DNA of 64,000 nucleotides from Bacillota bacterium (GTDB taxonomy: Bacteria; Bacillota; Clostridia; Acetivibrionales; DSM-1351): contig JAEWMS010000066.1 of NCBI GenBank assembly GCA_023393115.1, positions 48,369 to 112,368 of the forward strand, given 5' to 3'. The notes under the pieces are model-generated. The model was given only the letters and a program-made list of their open reading frames with translations, was not told the origin of the DNA and searched no databases. Every line of letters begins with the position of its first letter. Position 1 is the stretch's first letter. Made by a program: the position numbers and the translations under genes. Positions 61,974 to 64,000 of this stretch are shown piece by piece.

Positions 61974-62568
61974 ACTAAATTGGAACTTAACTAACATTTT
62001 CTTATTATTAGCATCAATATTCATTATTGTGGTAAGTATTTTTTTCAAAGATCAGAACGCCATTACGGCACTTTTGTTAGCGGTTTTAGTAATTGTCTTT
62101 ATTGTAATCGACCTTCAGGCCCCCAGGATTGCTAAGTTGTCAAAAGACAATCCTAAAATAAAGACTCTGAGACTGGTTAATCGTATTACTGCTTCAGTGG
62201 TATTAATTGTTGCGATATTTATGATACTTAAGCCGGTTGAAGGTAAGATATCCAAAAGTACTTCAGAAATACTTATTGTTGCAGCAGTGTCATTGTTCAT
62301 GATGATTTTTGGTAATATAGCTCCTAAAATACCCTTTAACAGATACGTTGGCTTAAGGCTGCCATGGACAGTAAGCGATGAAGATACCTGGAAATTGGCT
62401 CATAAATTGGTGGGCTACACGGCTTTTCCTCTTGCCATTATTCAGTTCATCCTGGCCTTTTTCATAAGCTCTGAAATCATCGTTCCTGTATGTGTTATTC
62501 TTTGGGTTGCCATACCGGGTTTACGGTCCGGAATATTCTATTATAAAAAATATAAAGGTTTATTTTAA
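61966..62568 (+). CDS. SdpI-family membrane protein
   Basis: GNIAPKIPFNRYVGLRLPWT...W..AH. Confidence 0.85.
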   Translation: MNKLNWNLTNIFLLLASIFIIVVSIFFKDQNAITALLLAVLVIVFIVIDLQAPRIAKLSKDNPKIKTLRLVNRITASVVLIVAIFMILKPVEGKISKSTSEILIVAAVSLFMMIFGNIAPKIPFNRYVGLRLPWTVSDEDTWKLAHKLVGYTAFPLAIIQFILAFFISSEIIVPVCVILWVAIPGLRSGIFYYKKYKGLF

Positions 62569-62624
62569 ATCAGGTTCGATAAAAAAGAAAAATAGATTAA
62601 ATAGATTAAAATGATTGCTGTGTA

Positions 62625-62651
62625 ACAAATGGTATAAGGTAAACATAAAGT
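62625..62651 (+). promoter_or_regulatory. SigK-like promoter
   Basis: ACA-16-CATAAAGT. Confidence 0.45.
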
Positions 62652-62669
62652 ATTATGAGGTGATATTTT

Positions 62670-62960
62670 ATGCCAAACCAACCACATAATCATAGATATG
62701 GAGGAGAAACCTCCTATAATGATGGTCATGTTCACCAATATAGGGGACGAACAAGTACAAATCGTGATGAAGAAGGCCATATTCATTATTTTGAGGGTGT
62801 AACTTCATATGCGGATGGTCATACCCACTATTATAATGATTCAACAGGCCCTGCTATTTATTTTGATGGGGGACATTATCATCATTATAGAGGAAGAACA
62901 ATGATAGCCGACCGACATATTCATCGTTACGCAGGAAGAACCTCAGTATTCAGGGAATGA
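62670..62960 (+). CDS. YmaF-like His-rich protein
   Basis: Repeated (G)HxHxY.G.T units. Confidence 0.75.
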   Translation: MPNQPHNHRYGGETSYNDGHVHQYRGRTSTNRDEEGHIHYFEGVTSYADGHTHYYNDSTGPAIYFDGGHYHHYRGRTMIADRHIHRYAGRTSVFRE

Positions 62961-63077
62961 GGACTGTTAATTTTTAACCAGAGCTCTTCTATCTAATAGC
63001 TCTGGTTTTCTGTTGTCTTGTAGAGCATAAATCATTAAATATTGTACCCGAAGCCTCTGGCAATATTTCTTGATGTT

Positions 63078-63104
63078 ACATATTATGTTGACTAATCATA
63101 CTAT
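63078..63104 (+). promoter_or_regulatory. SigK-like promoter
   Basis: ACA-16-CATACTAT. Confidence 0.45.
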
Positions 63105-63137
63105 ATATTAGAATTTGTTTATTAAGGAGCATATAGT

Positions 63138-63545
63138 ATGAGGCGACGTAGAAAGAAGAGGAAGCATCCACAGAGTGGTAGTTCAGCAGACAATAATAAG
63201 GCTCCTGAAATGAAAAATGCCAAAAATCAGACACCTAAACAAATATTTGAAGTAAATGATGATGAAATATTGAGGAAAAATAAGCATAAAAAAAGTAAAA
63301 AAACAAAGCTAACTATTTGGGATAGTATTATTTTATTTTTACTGCTCATGGAAAATGGTATCCTGGATGAAGTATTGGCAACTGATGAATATGAGGAGAT
63401 TAATGAAAACCTTGATTATCAGGATTTTGATGCTTTTAAACCAAATTCTAAAAATAATGGCAATAAGCATACTAATAGAGAAGCCGATAATACTACTAAT
63501 AATAGTGCGAATTATTCTGATTTTGACTATTTATCAGAAGACTAA
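63138..63545 (+). CDS. Hypothetical protein (basic N-terminus, short hydrophobic patch, acidic/Asn C-terminus)
   Basis: AAGGAG RBS, 135-aa ORF. Confidence 0.55.
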   Translation: MRRRRKKRKHPQSGSSADNNKAPEMKNAKNQTPKQIFEVNDDEILRKNKHKKSKKTKLTIWDSIILFLLLMENGILDEVLATDEYEEINENLDYQDFDAFKPNSKNNGNKHTNREADNTTNNSANYSDFDYLSED

Positions 63546-63663
63546 CTATCTGAAAATTCAGAGTTTCCGATATCCAATAATAATTCAACAAAAAATTTCT
63601 TAAAAAAGTGAACAAAATCAATATGACAAAAGTATAACTAATAGAACACACAAAAAGAAGGTG

Positions 63664-64000
63664 ATGAGACTGGGGGATACAATTGAATACCTGGTAAATT
63701 CAGTCAGGGAAGGTAATAGACATGCTATGGCTCAACTATTGCAGGCGAATTACAGCATTGTATTCAAATATTGCCTTAAGCTTACCTTCAATAGAGAAGA
63801 GGCCCAGGACATCACACAGGAAGTAATGGCCAGGGCAGTTGAAAAAATAAGACTATATGATGAAAGTAAAGCCTCTATAAGTACATGGTTGATAAGCATA
63901 GCGAAGAATATCTGGCTGACAGGAATAAAGAGAAAAAAATTATTTGACAATTATTGCAGCACTCTTTTACTTCCTGAAGACAATACCAACGAAATTGATA
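63664..64000 (+). CDS. ECF RNA polymerase sigma factor, 5' part (runs off window)
   Basis: Open frame MRLGDTIEYLV...EEAQDITQE...ASISTWLISIAKN (sigma region 2). Confidence 0.85.
   Translation, partial: MRLGDTIEYLVNSVREGNRHAMAQLLQANYSIVFKYCLKLTFNREEAQDITQEVMARAVEKIRLYDESKASISTWLISIAKNIWLTGIKRKKLFDNYCSTLLLPEDNTNEID

Noticed and set aside
61692..62568. Complete Sdp cannibalism toxin locus
   Set aside because: Only repressor and immunity-like genes; no sdpABC seen

Overview
AT-rich Firmicute (Clostridia) chromosomal DNA; gene content and RBS style suggest a Ruminiclostridium-like spore former (inference). 1-28.5 kb is a sulfur-assimilation island: MetQ end, a NifB/NifX-type protein, a deleted mccB/mccA-like pseudogene, MetY, an SsuABC-like ABC transporter, sulfate ABC (sbp-cysTWA), an embedded ROK regulator, cysH-cysD-cysN, a ThiS/ThiF/JAMM/sulfite reductase/TusA/sulfhydrylase module (protein-thiocarboxylate route), a TrxB-like flavoprotein and siroheme synthesis (hemA-sirC-hemC-cobA/hemD-hemB-hemL). 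28.5-39.5 kb is accessory: frameshifted CopA, ArsR plus split glutathione synthesis genes, a TIR + SLATT/DUF4231 + small phage-type protein module, and a leader-peptide/attenuator operon (unannotated 49-aa basic protein, rsgA paralog, GNAT, methyltransferase), then dcd. 39.6-48.2 kb is the core rplS-lepB-rbgA-rnhB-fliK-like-ylqH-yraN block with an inserted orphan solute-binding protein. An IS110 element with a readable bridge-RNA-like leader follows, then an aminotransferase, purB, GntR, a serine hydrolase, DedA, an MntR/DtxR-feoAAB unit, a LysM-CAP protein, a yybP-ykoY riboswitch-terC unit, sdpR/sdpI-like genes, sporulation-type small genes and the start of an ECF sigma factor. Best candidates for new biology: CysE-like C-terminal DY(Y/I)(I/L) tails on three sulfur-pathway NTPases, the TIR-SLATT-phage-type protein module, the ribosome-stress attenuator operon, and the IS110 bridge RNA. 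All family calls come from motif recognition, not database searches.
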